64,000 bases of DNA. Origin: a virus (taxonomy: Duplodnaviria > Caudoviricetes). Shown here in pieces: positions 37,034 to 46,845 of this stretch (the stretch's first letter is position 1; each line of letters begins with the position of its first letter). The notes below the pieces were generated by a model. That model was not told where the DNA came from and searched no databases. It saw nothing but the letters and a program-made list of their open reading frames with translations. Position numbers and translations under genes: made by a program. The stretch covers positions 1 to 64,000 of the IMG/VR virus record IMGVR_UViG_3300020577_012633, one strand, 5' to 3'.

Positions 37034-38095
37034 TTACTCTACTCCAAAGTATCTCTGGTACAAAGCATCATAGACTCCATTCTCTTTCATCTTCAAAATG
37101 GAGTTGTCAATATCTCTGCGCAAATCACTTCCTTGAGGAAGCGCAATGCCATAAGGCTGTTGGGCGAAAACAGAACCAACAGCAGCAACTTTTCCAGCAC
37201 CAGCATTCTTTGCATAATACTGTAAAGTGGGAGCATCATAAACAATAGCGTCAACTTGACCAGCCATCAACATTTCATAAGCATCATTGATATCAGTAAC
37301 AGCTTTGATATTTGCGCCATATGAATTCAGAACAGGAACACTTGTTGTTCCAGAAACGGTAGCAACATTTTTACCGCGAAGATCCTTCGGTACAGAAAGC
37401 TGATATGTAAAATGGTCAGCAGTCATAGAGGAAGTCATAGACGCTATTGATAGAATGAGTATGAACGTAGTAGAAACAAATCCCACAAGCGTTAATAGTA
37501 TTTGTATAAAACGCATTGCTTTGGATTTTCTTTCTGCAACATCTTTTCCTTTGTAAAAAGCGCATTCTTTTTTAGAAAAAAATTGCTTATGCATCATACT
37601 GTCAATAAATAGCCAAATGAAAATAATAAATGCCAAAGAAAACAAATGAATCCAGGAATTTTCGATGCCTTTTGGAATGTCATTAGTAAAGAATGACTTT
37701 ACAGAATTAAGAACTGTATTAGAATCATTTTCTCGAACCATAATCATTAGACCGGAATTGAAGTATGGAGTCGAAAAATCCATAACTTTATGACGATCGC
37801 TGTTTATGGTAATACTGGACAAAGCAGCATCAGCTTTTTTATCCTTGATTCTATCGAGAAGATCAGGAAAGCTGTCAGTAGAAACAAAATTTGTTTGAAC
37901 TTTGAGATCTTGGGCAATTAGTCTCCAAAGCTCAATATCAAAACCAGAGTATTCTCCATTTGAGTTTTTCACTACAAAAGGATCTGTTTCGTATACTCCA
38001 ACATTTACTGTTCTTACAGGAACCTCTTGAGCTTTTACATTCTCAATAGAAAAAAGCGAAGAGATTGCTAGAACCGCAATACCGAAAATCTTCAT
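37034..38095 (-). CDS. GluR0-like membrane protein: amino-acid-binding SBP domain split by two TM helices
   Basis: signal peptide; PF...GFDIELW, SITINSDR, DFSTPYF; two TM segments; GTTS, DAPTLQY and YGIALP. Confidence 0.8.
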   Translation of the reverse strand: MKIFGIAVLAISSLFSIENVKAQEVPVRTVNVGVYETDPFVVKNSNGEYSGFDIELWRLIAQDLKVQTNFVSTDSFPDLLDRIKDKKADAALSSITINSDRHKVMDFSTPYFNSGLMIMVRENDSNTVLNSVKSFFTNDIPKGIENSWIHLFSLAFIIFIWLFIDSMMHKQFFSKKECAFYKGKDVAERKSKAMRFIQILLTLVGFVSTTFILILSIASMTSSMTADHFTYQLSVPKDLRGKNVATVSGTTSVPVLNSYGANIKAVTDINDAYEMLMAGQVDAIVYDAPTLQYYAKNAGAGKVAAVGSVFAQQPYGIALPQGSDLRRDIDNSILKMKENGVYDALYQRYFGVE

Positions 38096-38170
38096 TGTTA
38101 CTTCCTTTTTGGTTTACTAACTATAGAGAAGACCCATCTCCAGTTTTACCCAGAGGTGGGCGTGGTGTTT

Positions 38171-38842
38171 TTAGTTACCAGTCGTTGATGGCTTCAGGTA
38201 CTTAGCCATTTCAGCATCAACATCTGCTGTGTCCTGGTATTTTTCAGTTAGGACCGCAGTTGAGTTTCCAGCACCTGCGAGTTCTTCCTTAGCCTCTGCA
38301 AGAGCCTCGTCCTTGTTGACTTTCTGCTCCCATTCATTGAGTTGAGCAAGAGCGCCGCCGGAAGCGTCGAGAGTGTTGCTTGCCATCGACTGACGAATCT
38401 TGGCGCTTTCCTGACGAACCTTGAGAGAATCGGCCTTAGCAGCGGAACGCGCGATAGAATCGCGAGTATCGCTCAACTGTTTACGCAGACGAGCCTCCAG
38501 CTCTCTGTCCTTCTCGATTTCTGCTTTAAGAGCAGTAACCTGAGTCTGGAAATTCAGCTTCTGTTTGACAGCCTCTCGAACATCATCAGCGTTACCAGCA
38601 GCGCCAGCCTTCTGAGCGATGTTATCGAACTTTTTGACGTTTGCTTCGAGAGCAGGAATCTGAGCTTCCTTCTGCTTCTTGCTAGCCATCAGACCAGCGA
38701 CGTTTCGCTCAAACTCATTGATCTGTTTGGTCGCATCTTCGATGACCTGACGACCTTTTTCAGGATCTGAAACATCTACAGACTTAGCTGCTTCGTTGTC
38801 AGCTTGGCGAAAACGACGAGCAATTGATTCCCAAAATTTCAT
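38171..38842 (-). CDS. PspA/IM30 (ESCRT-III-like) family protein
   Basis: amphipathic N-terminus, DPE motif, long coiled coil; AGNADDVREA; 223 aa. Confidence 0.8.
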   Translation of the reverse strand: MKFWESIARRFRQADNEAAKSVDVSDPEKGRQVIEDATKQINEFERNVAGLMASKKQKEAQIPALEANVKKFDNIAQKAGAAGNADDVREAVKQKLNFQTQVTALKAEIEKDRELEARLRKQLSDTRDSIARSAAKADSLKVRQESAKIRQSMASNTLDASGGALAQLNEWEQKVNKDEALAEAKEELAGAGNSTAVLTEKYQDTADVDAEMAKYLKPSTTGN

Positions 38843-38893
38843 GTCTTTTCCCTTTTGTTTAGTTCAAACTGTTATTGCGATTATTCTTGCACT

Positions 38894-39406
38894 TTAGGCG
38901 TTTGGCAGAATGATTGCAACTTGCTGGTTGTATGTCATGATCGCTTTACGAAGCGAGTTCATTTGATATGCAAGGTCATCCTGAACATGGCTGTGAATGC
39001 CAATATTGAATCGGTTTACCAAAACGATATTGACGTTATCTCCGACAGTCTTATCATCCTGAGGAGTGATAAGAGATGTAGCAAAGGGAGAAATAACGTC
39101 ATTCATGTTCACAAGAGTGAACAAAAAATCTCTTTGAACAAGAACCTGGTCATCAGGAATGTCGTTCAAGTTTCCAACATGGCAGCTAATGAAAACGTCT
39201 GTTCCATCTTCTGAAACCAAAAGGACTGTGTTCACCACCTTGTTGTCAACCTTATCCGCAACATTGATTGTATTGCGACCAGTTGAGGATACAGCATATC
39301 CAAGAGTGCTGAGCATCTGCGCAATAGCCTCTGCTTGCGGAGAAGGCTTAACTGGCTCTTTTGCTGTAACGATAACTTCATCAGATCCTGCACCGCCCAT
39401 TTTCAT
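38894..39406 (-). CDS. YjfI/DUF2170-like (CesT/YbjN-fold) protein
   Basis: LVNMNDVISPFATSL resembles the family core; adjacent to the PspA-family gene; start MKMGG after AGGAG. Confidence 0.45.
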   Translation of the reverse strand: MKMGGAGSDEVIVTAKEPVKPSPQAEAIAQMLSTLGYAVSSTGRNTINVADKVDNKVVNTVLLVSEDGTDVFISCHVGNLNDIPDDQVLVQRDFLFTLVNMNDVISPFATSLITPQDDKTVGDNVNIVLVNRFNIGIHSHVQDDLAYQMNSLRKAIMTYNQQVAIILPNA

Positions 39407-39425
39407 TCTCCTAAAAAGGACTCTC

Positions 39426-40094
39426 TCACTTCCGAACAATCGAAATCTCAAACTGGTTTACTTGATTTCCTACCAGGAAGAGAATTGAACCGCCATTTTT
39501 GTTCTTTACATTACCAACTTCAATGATCATCATTTCTGGTTCTGTTGCTTCAAGATCAGCAAGATATTCTGATACAGTTGCAATTAGCTTTTCATTTGCG
39601 AAATAATTTGGAGTATAAACAGCTTCTCCAGAAAATTCCATATTTCCCTTTTGGGTAAAAGGAATTTCTACTGGTCCTTTACCAAAATCAAAAGTCCAAT
39701 CAATCTTTTTAGCGTATTTTAGGCTAAGTAAATTGTTATGAGAATGCGGCTTGAAATTTTCAAACATGAATACATTTTGCGCATTTATCTGGTCTTTCCT
39801 GTCTCCAATAACAATGGATTCAGGATTGTAATACATTCGAAGATCTACGGCTTCTCCTACGATCTTTACAACCAGAAAAAGAACTTGTTTAGGATTTACA
39901 ATCTTGAAAACAAGCCATTCGCAAAGCTTGTTGCTTTCTTTGATAGAGAGTATTTCTTCGACAACAAAATCCATCCCTTGCATTCCTCTACCTTCTGCTT
40001 GCGAAGCTTCAAGCGCAGCAGTATCGGTAAGGTTTACCATGCTTTTTACAGTTACGGATTTCCAGAATTCTTTAGTTAGCTCAACCTTGTTCAC
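39426..40094 (-). CDS. hypothetical protein (DUF4178/DUF2491-like PspA-operon partner)
   Basis: 222 aa; ends IEVG...GGSILFLVGNQVNQFEI; operon context. Confidence 0.45.
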   Translation of the reverse strand: MNKVELTKEFWKSVTVKSMVNLTDTAALEASQAEGRGMQGMDFVVEEILSIKESNKLCEWLVFKIVNPKQVLFLVVKIVGEAVDLRMYYNPESIVIGDRKDQINAQNVFMFENFKPHSHNNLLSLKYAKKIDWTFDFGKGPVEIPFTQKGNMEFSGEAVYTPNYFANEKLIATVSEYLADLEATEPEMMIIEVGNVKNKNGGSILFLVGNQVNQFEISIVRK

Positions 40095-40096
40095 TT

Positions 40097-41041
40097 TTAG
40101 CTCCTAGAAGCTTTTACTACAGAAGCCATGCCGACAGCAACAAAAACAAGAACCGCAATAACCACAACAATCACTACGATTACGCCAAACGGAGTTTCAG
40201 AATATGGAGAAGGTCCGTAGTAGTATCCTTTTTGACTCATAAGTCGATCTCTTACAACCGCATCAGCCAAAGCATTATATAGTATGAATGAAGAACCATC
40301 CCAATATCCATATCCTCCATACTTCTGATTGTAAACAACGTTATAGCTGGTAGGTGAAGAACCTGTACTAGTTGACGGAGTGTATGTATTGGGTATATAG
40401 TTTGGTCTAGCTTTAGGCTCTTCCTTGAACGAAGTTTTGAATTCTTGAGCATATTTTGAAGAGAAAGATGCAACTGCTTTTTCTCTATCAGGGAAGGTAT
40501 TACCGCTTTTCTTTGCTCTATCATAAAGAGCTTTGTCAGCATCGCTCATTTTCGGAGCAGATGAAGATTTAGTTGAAGAATTCCTGCCACTACTATAGGC
40601 GTTACTTGGGGGAGGTCTTGGTCTTGTTTCGCCAGATAGTGCTGTTGCAGTTGGCTTTGGCGTACTCTTAGGAATAGATACATTTGAATTGCGACCGCTA
40701 CTGGTTGCATTATTCTTTGGAGCAGAAGGCAATGAAATCTCTGAAGGCTTACTTGGTTTGTTTGCAGGTTTAGTTACATTTGCACTAGAAGGTTTTGAAG
40801 CAGAAGAATTTCTACCAGAAGAAATAGCTGGACTATAAGGCTTAGATGACGGCTTGCTTACAGTCCTGGCTGGGCTTTTTGACGGAGTTGAAGGTTTAGA
40901 AGAAGGTCTAGATACAGATCTAGAAGGGCTTCCGCCTCTACTTCCTCTCTGCGCAAAAGCAGAATCAGTTAAAGAAAGAACAAAAACAATAGAGAAAAGT
41001 ATTGTGATCCATCTTTGGAAATTTCTTTTTCTATTAAACAC
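40097..41041 (-). CDS. exported Ser/Pro-rich membrane-anchored protein
   Basis: signal peptide, RGSRGG, repeated SSGRNS, C-terminal TM helix. Confidence 0.75.
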   Translation of the reverse strand: MFNRKRNFQRWITILFSIVFVLSLTDSAFAQRGSRGGSPSRSVSRPSSKPSTPSKSPARTVSKPSSKPYSPAISSGRNSSASKPSSANVTKPANKPSKPSEISLPSAPKNNATSSGRNSNVSIPKSTPKPTATALSGETRPRPPPSNAYSSGRNSSTKSSSAPKMSDADKALYDRAKKSGNTFPDREKAVASFSSKYAQEFKTSFKEEPKARPNYIPNTYTPSTSTGSSPTSYNVVYNQKYGGYGYWDGSSFILYNALADAVVRDRLMSQKGYYYGPSPYSETPFGVIVVIVVVIAVLVFVAVGMASVVKASRS

Positions 41042-41282
41042 TTTTTGCCTTTCTTGACCCGATCATTGCAGCAAGATCGAGACTTTGTGCTAACAATCGA
41101 GCGCATTCTTTCTTTGACGCTTTATTTTCTTTGCTATCGAATACGTCAAAGTAAGCACGAATAGCATCACGAATAGTTTTTGCTTTCTTGCGCTTTGATA
41201 GACCAGAAACGATAGCTTTGAAGTCTTGTTTTTTTGAATCTAAATTATTTTTTGGCATAAGCCCTCTTTTCGGTAAGCACAA
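41034..41282 (-). CDS. hypothetical protein
   Basis: 82-aa basic ORF. Confidence 0.45.
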   Translation of the reverse strand: MCLPKRGLMPKNNLDSKKQDFKAIVSGLSKRKKAKTIRDAIRAYFDVFDSKENKASKKECARLLAQSLDLAAMIGSRKAKSV

Positions 41283-41292
41283 GTATACTCAA

Positions 41293-42843
41293 TCAAGTAG
41301 CACTTGTAAGCTCTTTTAGTTCGGCATTCTTTCGTACTGCATCGAACATCCAATCGACAAGAATATCACCATCACGGAAGACCTCAGACAATAGGTCTCC
41401 AGATTCGTATTTTGAAGCATCTGCAAGTGGAACAGTTTTATGTTCTCCGTTTTCCAGAACAAGAGCCAATTGGCCTCTCTTGCTATTTTTCTTCGGGTCT
41501 GTCTTAGGCCTCTTGAATACTTCACGACCTTGGCCATCAAGGACAGCCCAGCAAGCTTTGAATGCAAAAGAAAACGTGTCTCTATTTACTTTTTGCAACA
41601 AGCCGCCGCCAGATCCAAAAGCGATATTCTCTACAGACCATCCAGCCTTGATAATAGCATCAAGGATATCTTTATGAGAAAAAACATTTACACCATCACC
41701 CTGGATAACTCTAACTTTATCATTCAGGATCTTGTATCCTTTATTGTTTGTTCGATATCCGAATTTGGAACCAATAGCTTCAAGAACCATAGGAACAATA
41801 ACAACCGGATCTCCAGAGTCCGGTCTAACGACCAGAACTCCGTTTCTATTAAGAACTTGATCCTTTAGTTTATTGCCCCAGATTTCTGTGATGCAATTGA
41901 AAAGATCAAATGAATCGCTGACGCAAGCAACAAATCCATCAGGGAATTCCTTAAGCAAGCTTTCACAAACTTGAGCTTCTCCCTCAGGACCGCGAATTGT
42001 CATTTGAGAATGTTCGGTTGCTGGAATGCTAAAACCAGGCATATGCTTGGCGTAGAAAGCATCCCACAATTCATAAGAACGATCATAATTCCACTCTTCA
42101 TCAGTCGAAGATGAATCATAATGGAAAATTTCTCTAAACTCATTTCCAGCATAGAATTGAGTAATCAATTCTACACCAACCGTAGTATCTGTTCCTGCAA
42201 AGTTCACCAAGTGAGCAGCACCGGATAGAGCAGCAGTCTCAGGAGAAGATACCCCTCGGAAACCAAAATCATGAACTCTTGAAGGCATAATCGCCTTAAT
42301 AAGAGCATCATCATCCATCGTTTCCTTCATTGCGACATACTGGTTTTTCTTCATTGCGCGAGACAAAGAAGCAACAGTAATCGTATTCCAAACTTCAACA
42401 AGAATAGTTTCCAAGAAATTAGTTAGCCAAGCGCATTCTTTATCAGTATTTTCAATAGTCATCATTACATGGCCAGTTTTCATAACTGTGCCTTCAGCAA
42501 CGGCCTTAATAGAAGCAGGAAGACGGCCTCCATGTTTCTCAATAATGTATTTCCATCCGTTTTCGTTAAAGAGACCATCAACTCCGTAGAAATGATGCTT
42601 GCAGAAAGCTCGAATTCTGGGAAGATCTCTATAAGTAACTACCTGACCAACAAGATATCGTTTGATAAAATACTGCAAACCAAAGAAGCAGGTTTCGTCG
42701 GAAAAATCAGAATCAGAACGCGCTTCCAAATAAGAATAAACCTTCGTCAAGCCTTTCGGCTTAAATCTCCAGTGAGTCAGCTTATAGCTGTCAGTCATAT
42801 TAGCTGCACAGATTTCGAGAAGTTGCGCCATCTTGTTGAACAT
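41293..42843 (-). CDS. nadV: nicotinamide phosphoribosyltransferase (NAMPT/NadV family)
   Basis: TDSYKLTH, HDFGFRG, GTDT, PATEHS, VSDS, RPDSGDP, IQGDG and FGSGGGLLQ. Confidence 0.9.
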   Translation of the reverse strand: MFNKMAQLLEICAANMTDSYKLTHWRFKPKGLTKVYSYLEARSDSDFSDETCFFGLQYFIKRYLVGQVVTYRDLPRIRAFCKHHFYGVDGLFNENGWKYIIEKHGGRLPASIKAVAEGTVMKTGHVMMTIENTDKECAWLTNFLETILVEVWNTITVASLSRAMKKNQYVAMKETMDDDALIKAIMPSRVHDFGFRGVSSPETAALSGAAHLVNFAGTDTTVGVELITQFYAGNEFREIFHYDSSSTDEEWNYDRSYELWDAFYAKHMPGFSIPATEHSQMTIRGPEGEAQVCESLLKEFPDGFVACVSDSFDLFNCITEIWGNKLKDQVLNRNGVLVVRPDSGDPVVIVPMVLEAIGSKFGYRTNNKGYKILNDKVRVIQGDGVNVFSHKDILDAIIKAGWSVENIAFGSGGGLLQKVNRDTFSFAFKACWAVLDGQGREVFKRPKTDPKKNSKRGQLALVLENGEHKTVPLADASKYESGDLLSEVFRDGDILVDWMFDAVRKNAELKELTSAT

Positions 42844-42868
42844 TTTTCTTTATCCCTTATCGAAAGCC

Positions 42869-43876
42869 TTATTCGCCGGTTGCGTCATAGTCGCCGCACA
42901 TAAAGTCATCTGAAATGCACTTCAGTATAACTCTACCAATTTTCTCATCCAGTCTTTCTTTTACTGGACGAGTTACATTACCTTCTCTGATATGGTTTGC
43001 CCCATTAATCAAAGAATTTCCCTTGCTTAGTTCAATAATTTTTGCAAGACTGAACGGTCCTCTATACAATACTGGTACTATTTCTACTCCGCATGAAAAA
43101 GCCAATTGGCAAGTAGTATCCCAATCAAGATAAGAACCATCAATCATTATATCAAAAAGTCTAAAGCCTTTCGTTTCGGAAAGACCATAACGCATTTTCT
43201 TTTGAGTACCGTAAAGTTCTCCAAAAATAACAATTTGGCTTCTCGGGTCTCTTGCAAGCAAGCTACCAGCAAGAAGATTTATTTCAGGAGTTGACCAAGG
43301 AAGCCAGTGTGTAGATCCATCAATATTTTTACGCTGAACAGTCCTTCCACCAGCTACTTTTTCCCAATTTCCTTCTTCATTTAGAATAAGCCCAAGCCGG
43401 CAATTTTTGCCATGTATTTTTTCAGTAACAATAACTTCTTCATCATCTTTGAAGACTGCTGGGAAATTGCGAATATTTTCAATATCAGTATAAGTAGAAA
43501 AGAAAGGATTGCTAGGCATAGCATCCTTATCTCTAGAATCAAATGGAGGCTGATATCTGGTAATTCCAAGTTGATCTGCTACGTTGTCTCCTTCAGAGCC
43601 AACAGGATCAATAATAAGTCCAAAAGAAGGCTCATTACGGAGTCTCTTTGGGATTACTCTTCCGTTACTTAGCAATTTAGAAACACCAAGTTTTTCTGCT
43701 AGTTCAATCGGGATTATGGAATCTGGAGGAATGTATGTAACCAAATCTCCAGATTTATAGTTCCCTTTTTGTACGCAGCATTGCCAACCACCAACAACTG
43801 CCAGATCCAAACGATCTGCATTCGGGTGTGGAGAGACTTTTGTTATTTTGCAAGTCTTTACAATCGTGCTGCTCAT
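42869..43876 (-). CDS. RNA ligase, DRB0094/Rnl5-like with N-terminal tRNA-binding OB-like domain
   Basis: HPNADRL N-domain; TEKIHG, FGELYG, FDI, REG and LKCIS. Confidence 0.9.
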   Translation of the reverse strand: MSSTIVKTCKITKVSPHPNADRLDLAVVGGWQCCVQKGNYKSGDLVTYIPPDSIIPIELAEKLGVSKLLSNGRVIPKRLRNEPSFGLIIDPVGSEGDNVADQLGITRYQPPFDSRDKDAMPSNPFFSTYTDIENIRNFPAVFKDDEEVIVTEKIHGKNCRLGLILNEEGNWEKVAGGRTVQRKNIDGSTHWLPWSTPEINLLAGSLLARDPRSQIVIFGELYGTQKKMRYGLSETKGFRLFDIMIDGSYLDWDTTCQLAFSCGVEIVPVLYRGPFSLAKIIELSKGNSLINGANHIREGNVTRPVKERLDEKIGRVILKCISDDFMCGDYDATGE

Positions 43877-43912
43877 GTTTTATATGTCCCTTCAAGAAGT
43901 CTAGAGTAGATT

Positions 43913-45382
43913 TCAGACAGACGAGTTTTTTGGCCTCATAAACGGGAAAGCAATTACATCTCTTACACTGGTCTGCCCAGTGAATATCATGACCAATCTA
44001 TCAATTCCAATTCCAAGACCTCCAGTTGGAGGCATACCAACCTTCAATGCTTCGATAAAATCATCATCCATAGTTCGATGAGTTGATTCTTCGTCATCAT
44101 TCGATACCTGGTTTGAAAAGACTTCGTGTTGTATTTTTGGATCATTTTGTTCTGTATAGATAGTGCCTATTTCCATTCCTCCAATGAAAAGATCAGCACG
44201 TTGAGCAAATAGCGGCTGCTCAATAATAGCTTTTGTAAGAGGAGAAATAGCGCATGGATAACCATAAACAAATGTCGGAATTGTTGGATCAATCAAAGGT
44301 TCCGCCAATTGTTCAAATCTTTTATTTGCAGAAATCAAATCATCTGCATCTTCTTGAATATTTCTTCCTGTTGCTTTCTTATATAGATGAGAATATGCAA
44401 CAACTTGGAATTTTTCATGCAAATTGATTTTATGACCATTATATTCAAAAATAAGATCATTTACTGGATCTTCAGATCTAATAATAGAAGCAACTGACCT
44501 TATTATTGTTTCTACCATAACCATTAAAGTAGAAGCATTATGGGAAGTAGAATAAGCTTCAAGTGCTGTGAACTCAGGATTGTGAGTTGCATCAATCCCC
44601 TCATTTCTGAAATTTCGATTAATCTCAAAAACATTATTCATTCCGCCAACAATCAATTTCTTCAAGTAAAGTTCGGGAGCGACTCTAAGAAAAAGAGGAA
44701 TACCAAGGGCATTCAAATGAGTTTGGAAAGGACGAGCAGCAGCTCCTCCTGCTATAGAATGCAGCATTGGAGTTTCAACTTCAGTGAAGTTTATTTCCTC
44801 AAATTCTTTGCGAAAAAGATTTATGATTTTGGAACGGGTCTTTAAAACGTTGATAAATTCGCTATTAAAAGCCATATCAAGGTAACGCTGGCGATACCTT
44901 GTTTCTACATCTTGAATTCCTGCATGCTTATCTGGAGGGTGCGACAAGCTCTTGCATGCAATAGTTACGCCATGCGCCCAAATAGTTATTTCTTGGGTTT
45001 TTGTTCTACGGATATTTCCCTGAACAGTTATAATATCTCCAAGATCAAGAAGCTTTGCAAGCTGAAATGTTTTTTCGTTAATTACATCTTTCTTACTAAT
45101 AGCAACCTGTATCTCTCCGCTTTCGTCTCTAATTTTAAGCCATATAAGACCGCCATTATCCCTTAAAAGAACAATGCGACCTTGAGCAATAGGCTTTCTA
45201 TCCTGTATATTATTAGATGATATCTGATCAGGTGTTAAAGAAGATTCAATTGAAGTAAATTGAGCAATAATTGACTTTATTGAATCAATTCCTTGAATGA
45301 CCCTGCCATAAGGATCAAAGCCAAGATCAACGATTTTAGATAGCCGATCTTGCCTTACTTTTTCCAGATCAGTGAGATTCAT
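43913..45382 (-). CDS. lysS: lysyl-tRNA synthetase, class II
   Basis: RYRQRYLD, GGAAARPF, FRNEG, HNPEF and GMPPTGGLGIGIDRL. Confidence 0.95.
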   Translation of the reverse strand: MNLTDLEKVRQDRLSKIVDLGFDPYGRVIQGIDSIKSIIAQFTSIESSLTPDQISSNNIQDRKPIAQGRIVLLRDNGGLIWLKIRDESGEIQVAISKKDVINEKTFQLAKLLDLGDIITVQGNIRRTKTQEITIWAHGVTIACKSLSHPPDKHAGIQDVETRYRQRYLDMAFNSEFINVLKTRSKIINLFRKEFEEINFTEVETPMLHSIAGGAAARPFQTHLNALGIPLFLRVAPELYLKKLIVGGMNNVFEINRNFRNEGIDATHNPEFTALEAYSTSHNASTLMVMVETIIRSVASIIRSEDPVNDLIFEYNGHKINLHEKFQVVAYSHLYKKATGRNIQEDADDLISANKRFEQLAEPLIDPTIPTFVYGYPCAISPLTKAIIEQPLFAQRADLFIGGMEIGTIYTEQNDPKIQHEVFSNQVSNDDEESTHRTMDDDFIEALKVGMPPTGGLGIGIDRLVMIFTGQTSVRDVIAFPFMRPKNSSV

Positions 45383-45611
45383 GATTTTCCTTAGCCCTTC
45401 TCTTTTCTAGTCTTTCTGCTTCTTTTTTATGATATTCAATAATGTATACAGAAAGAGTTATGATAAATAAAATGATACCAGCAAGACCAATCAATCCAAA
45501 TATGCATAGCAAAATGAAAGAATCAAATTCTATTGAGAATCCGTTTGGACAGATCATCTGAAATATATGTTCTTTTTCCATAAAAATCCAGGCAAGTTTA
45601 AACGTGTTCAC
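45369..45611 (-). CDS. small membrane protein
   Basis: one TM helix followed by a basic tail. Confidence 0.5.
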   Translation of the reverse strand: MNTFKLAWIFMEKEHIFQMICPNGFSIEFDSFILLCIFGLIGLAGIILFIITLSVYIIEYHKKEAERLEKRRAKENHESH

Positions 45612-45951
45612 AAAGAATTAATTCATTCATTGTTTTTTCAAATTCTTTATCTGTTTCGGAAATCAAATCATTACAATGAATTTGCATAAAAGATCGACCA
45701 TTTTCAATAATTTTAAGTATATCCTGATTTTTGCCAAATAAGGCTTTCAAAAATCTTTCATGGTTGCCTTTGCTGACTTTCTTTATTTCTTTTCCATTAC
45801 TGTCAAAGCCTTGGAATTTATAACCAGAATTAAGCATTGCTTTAATGGTAATTCGAATTGAATCGCCAAACCTTTTAGCAGGACTTTTGCCAAAAGAAGC
45901 GTAAACGCAAGCATCGAATTCATTATTATTGAGGTAATCGCTTAGTGGCAT
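45598..45951 (-). CDS. hypothetical protein
   Basis: 117-aa ORF. Confidence 0.55.
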   Translation of the reverse strand: MPLSDYLNNNEFDACVYASFGKSPAKRFGDSIRITIKAMLNSGYKFQGFDSNGKEIKKVSKGNHERFLKALFGKNQDILKIIENGRSFMQIHCNDLISETDKEFEKTMNELILCEHV

Positions 45952-45953
45952 AT

Positions 45954-46301
45954 TTATCCTTCAACGAATTGCTTTTTGATCTTGTCGTATTGCTCTATCA
46001 TTGGAACAATAGTTTTCCACTCTGTATCAGTAAGAGTTTGACAAGAAAAGAAACATGGATATCCGTTGATTGACATTGGACCAGCTTTGTTTATGTCTTC
46101 AAACAAGACTGTTACTTTTTCAGAGACCAGTTTGTCGAGATCTTTTTTCTCCATAAAAGTCAACACCATAAACACACTGTTAAGCATGCTTTTTTGCTCT
46201 GATGGACGAATTTGCATAGAACAAAAAATATTGCCGTCAGCAATGCCAACAGCAATCTTTTTTAATTCTTCAACTGGTCTATCTTTTCTTTCATCAGACA
46301 T
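45954..46301 (-). CDS. hypothetical phage protein
   Basis: KAGPMSINGYPCFFS motif. Confidence 0.6.
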   Translation of the reverse strand: MSDERKDRPVEELKKIAVGIADGNIFCSMQIRPSEQKSMLNSVFMVLTFMEKKDLDKLVSEKVTVLFEDINKAGPMSINGYPCFFSCQTLTDTEWKTIVPMIEQYDKIKKQFVEG

Positions 46302-46314
46302 AAACTCTTCCGAG

Positions 46315-46668
46315 TTACAGATCTAGTTCAGGATTATGTTTTTCACCATGACAATTACTGCATAGCAAATCGCATTTATCCAATTCTTCTATTATTCTTT
46401 TCCAGCTTCTCAACCTCATCTTTGTCCAATCAAAGTCCTTAGTTTTAGGATCTCTGTGATGAAATTCTAAGGTTCCGTAATTTTTACAGTATCCGCAAAT
46501 CTGGCACTTGCCGCCTTTATAATTTACTGCATCTTTTTTCCTTTGAATCCATCTTTGGACGCAGTATTCATTAAAGCAGTTCTTACAAAGACTATTCTTT
46601 CTATCAGCTCTTTTTTCGTAAAAATATGAATCTTCTTTTTCTACCAAACATTTGGAACAGTTTTTCAT
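46315..46668 (-). CDS. HNH endonuclease adjacent to tRNA
   Basis: GGKCQICGY...LEFHHRDP...CDLLCSNCH. Confidence 0.85.
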   Translation of the reverse strand: MKNCSKCLVEKEDSYFYEKRADRKNSLCKNCFNEYCVQRWIQRKKDAVNYKGGKCQICGYCKNYGTLEFHHRDPKTKDFDWTKMRLRSWKRIIEELDKCDLLCSNCHGEKHNPELDL

Positions 46669-46730
46669 AAATCACCTCATAGAAGTGATTACGAACAAAC
46701 TGCTTAGAAATCCTCTTTCTATTCCAAAAA

Positions 46731-46804
46731 TATCCCCGACAGGACTCGAACCTGTGACTTTCGGTTTAGAAAACCGATGCTCTATCCAACTGAGCTACGG
46801 GGAC
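46731..46804 (-). tRNA. tRNA-Arg(TCT), CCA not encoded
   Basis: GTCCCCG acceptor; D arm; TCGGT-TTTCTAA-ACCGA; ACAGG-TTCGAGT-CCTGT. Confidence 0.93.
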
Positions 46805-46812
46805 AAATTATA

Positions 46813-46840
46813 CTGCTCTATCCAACTGAGCTACCGGGAC
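46813..46840 (-). repeat. tRNA-Arg 5' fragment, direct repeat copy 1
   Basis: GTCCCGGTAGCTCAGTTGGATAGAGCAG, identical to 47060..47087. Confidence 0.9.
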
Positions 46841-46845
46841 TCTTT

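Noticed and set aside
40540-40950. Low-complexity Ser/Pro repeats as a DNA repeat element
   Set aside because: Repetition is at the protein level (SKPS, SSGRNS) with varied codons, consistent with a disordered linker.
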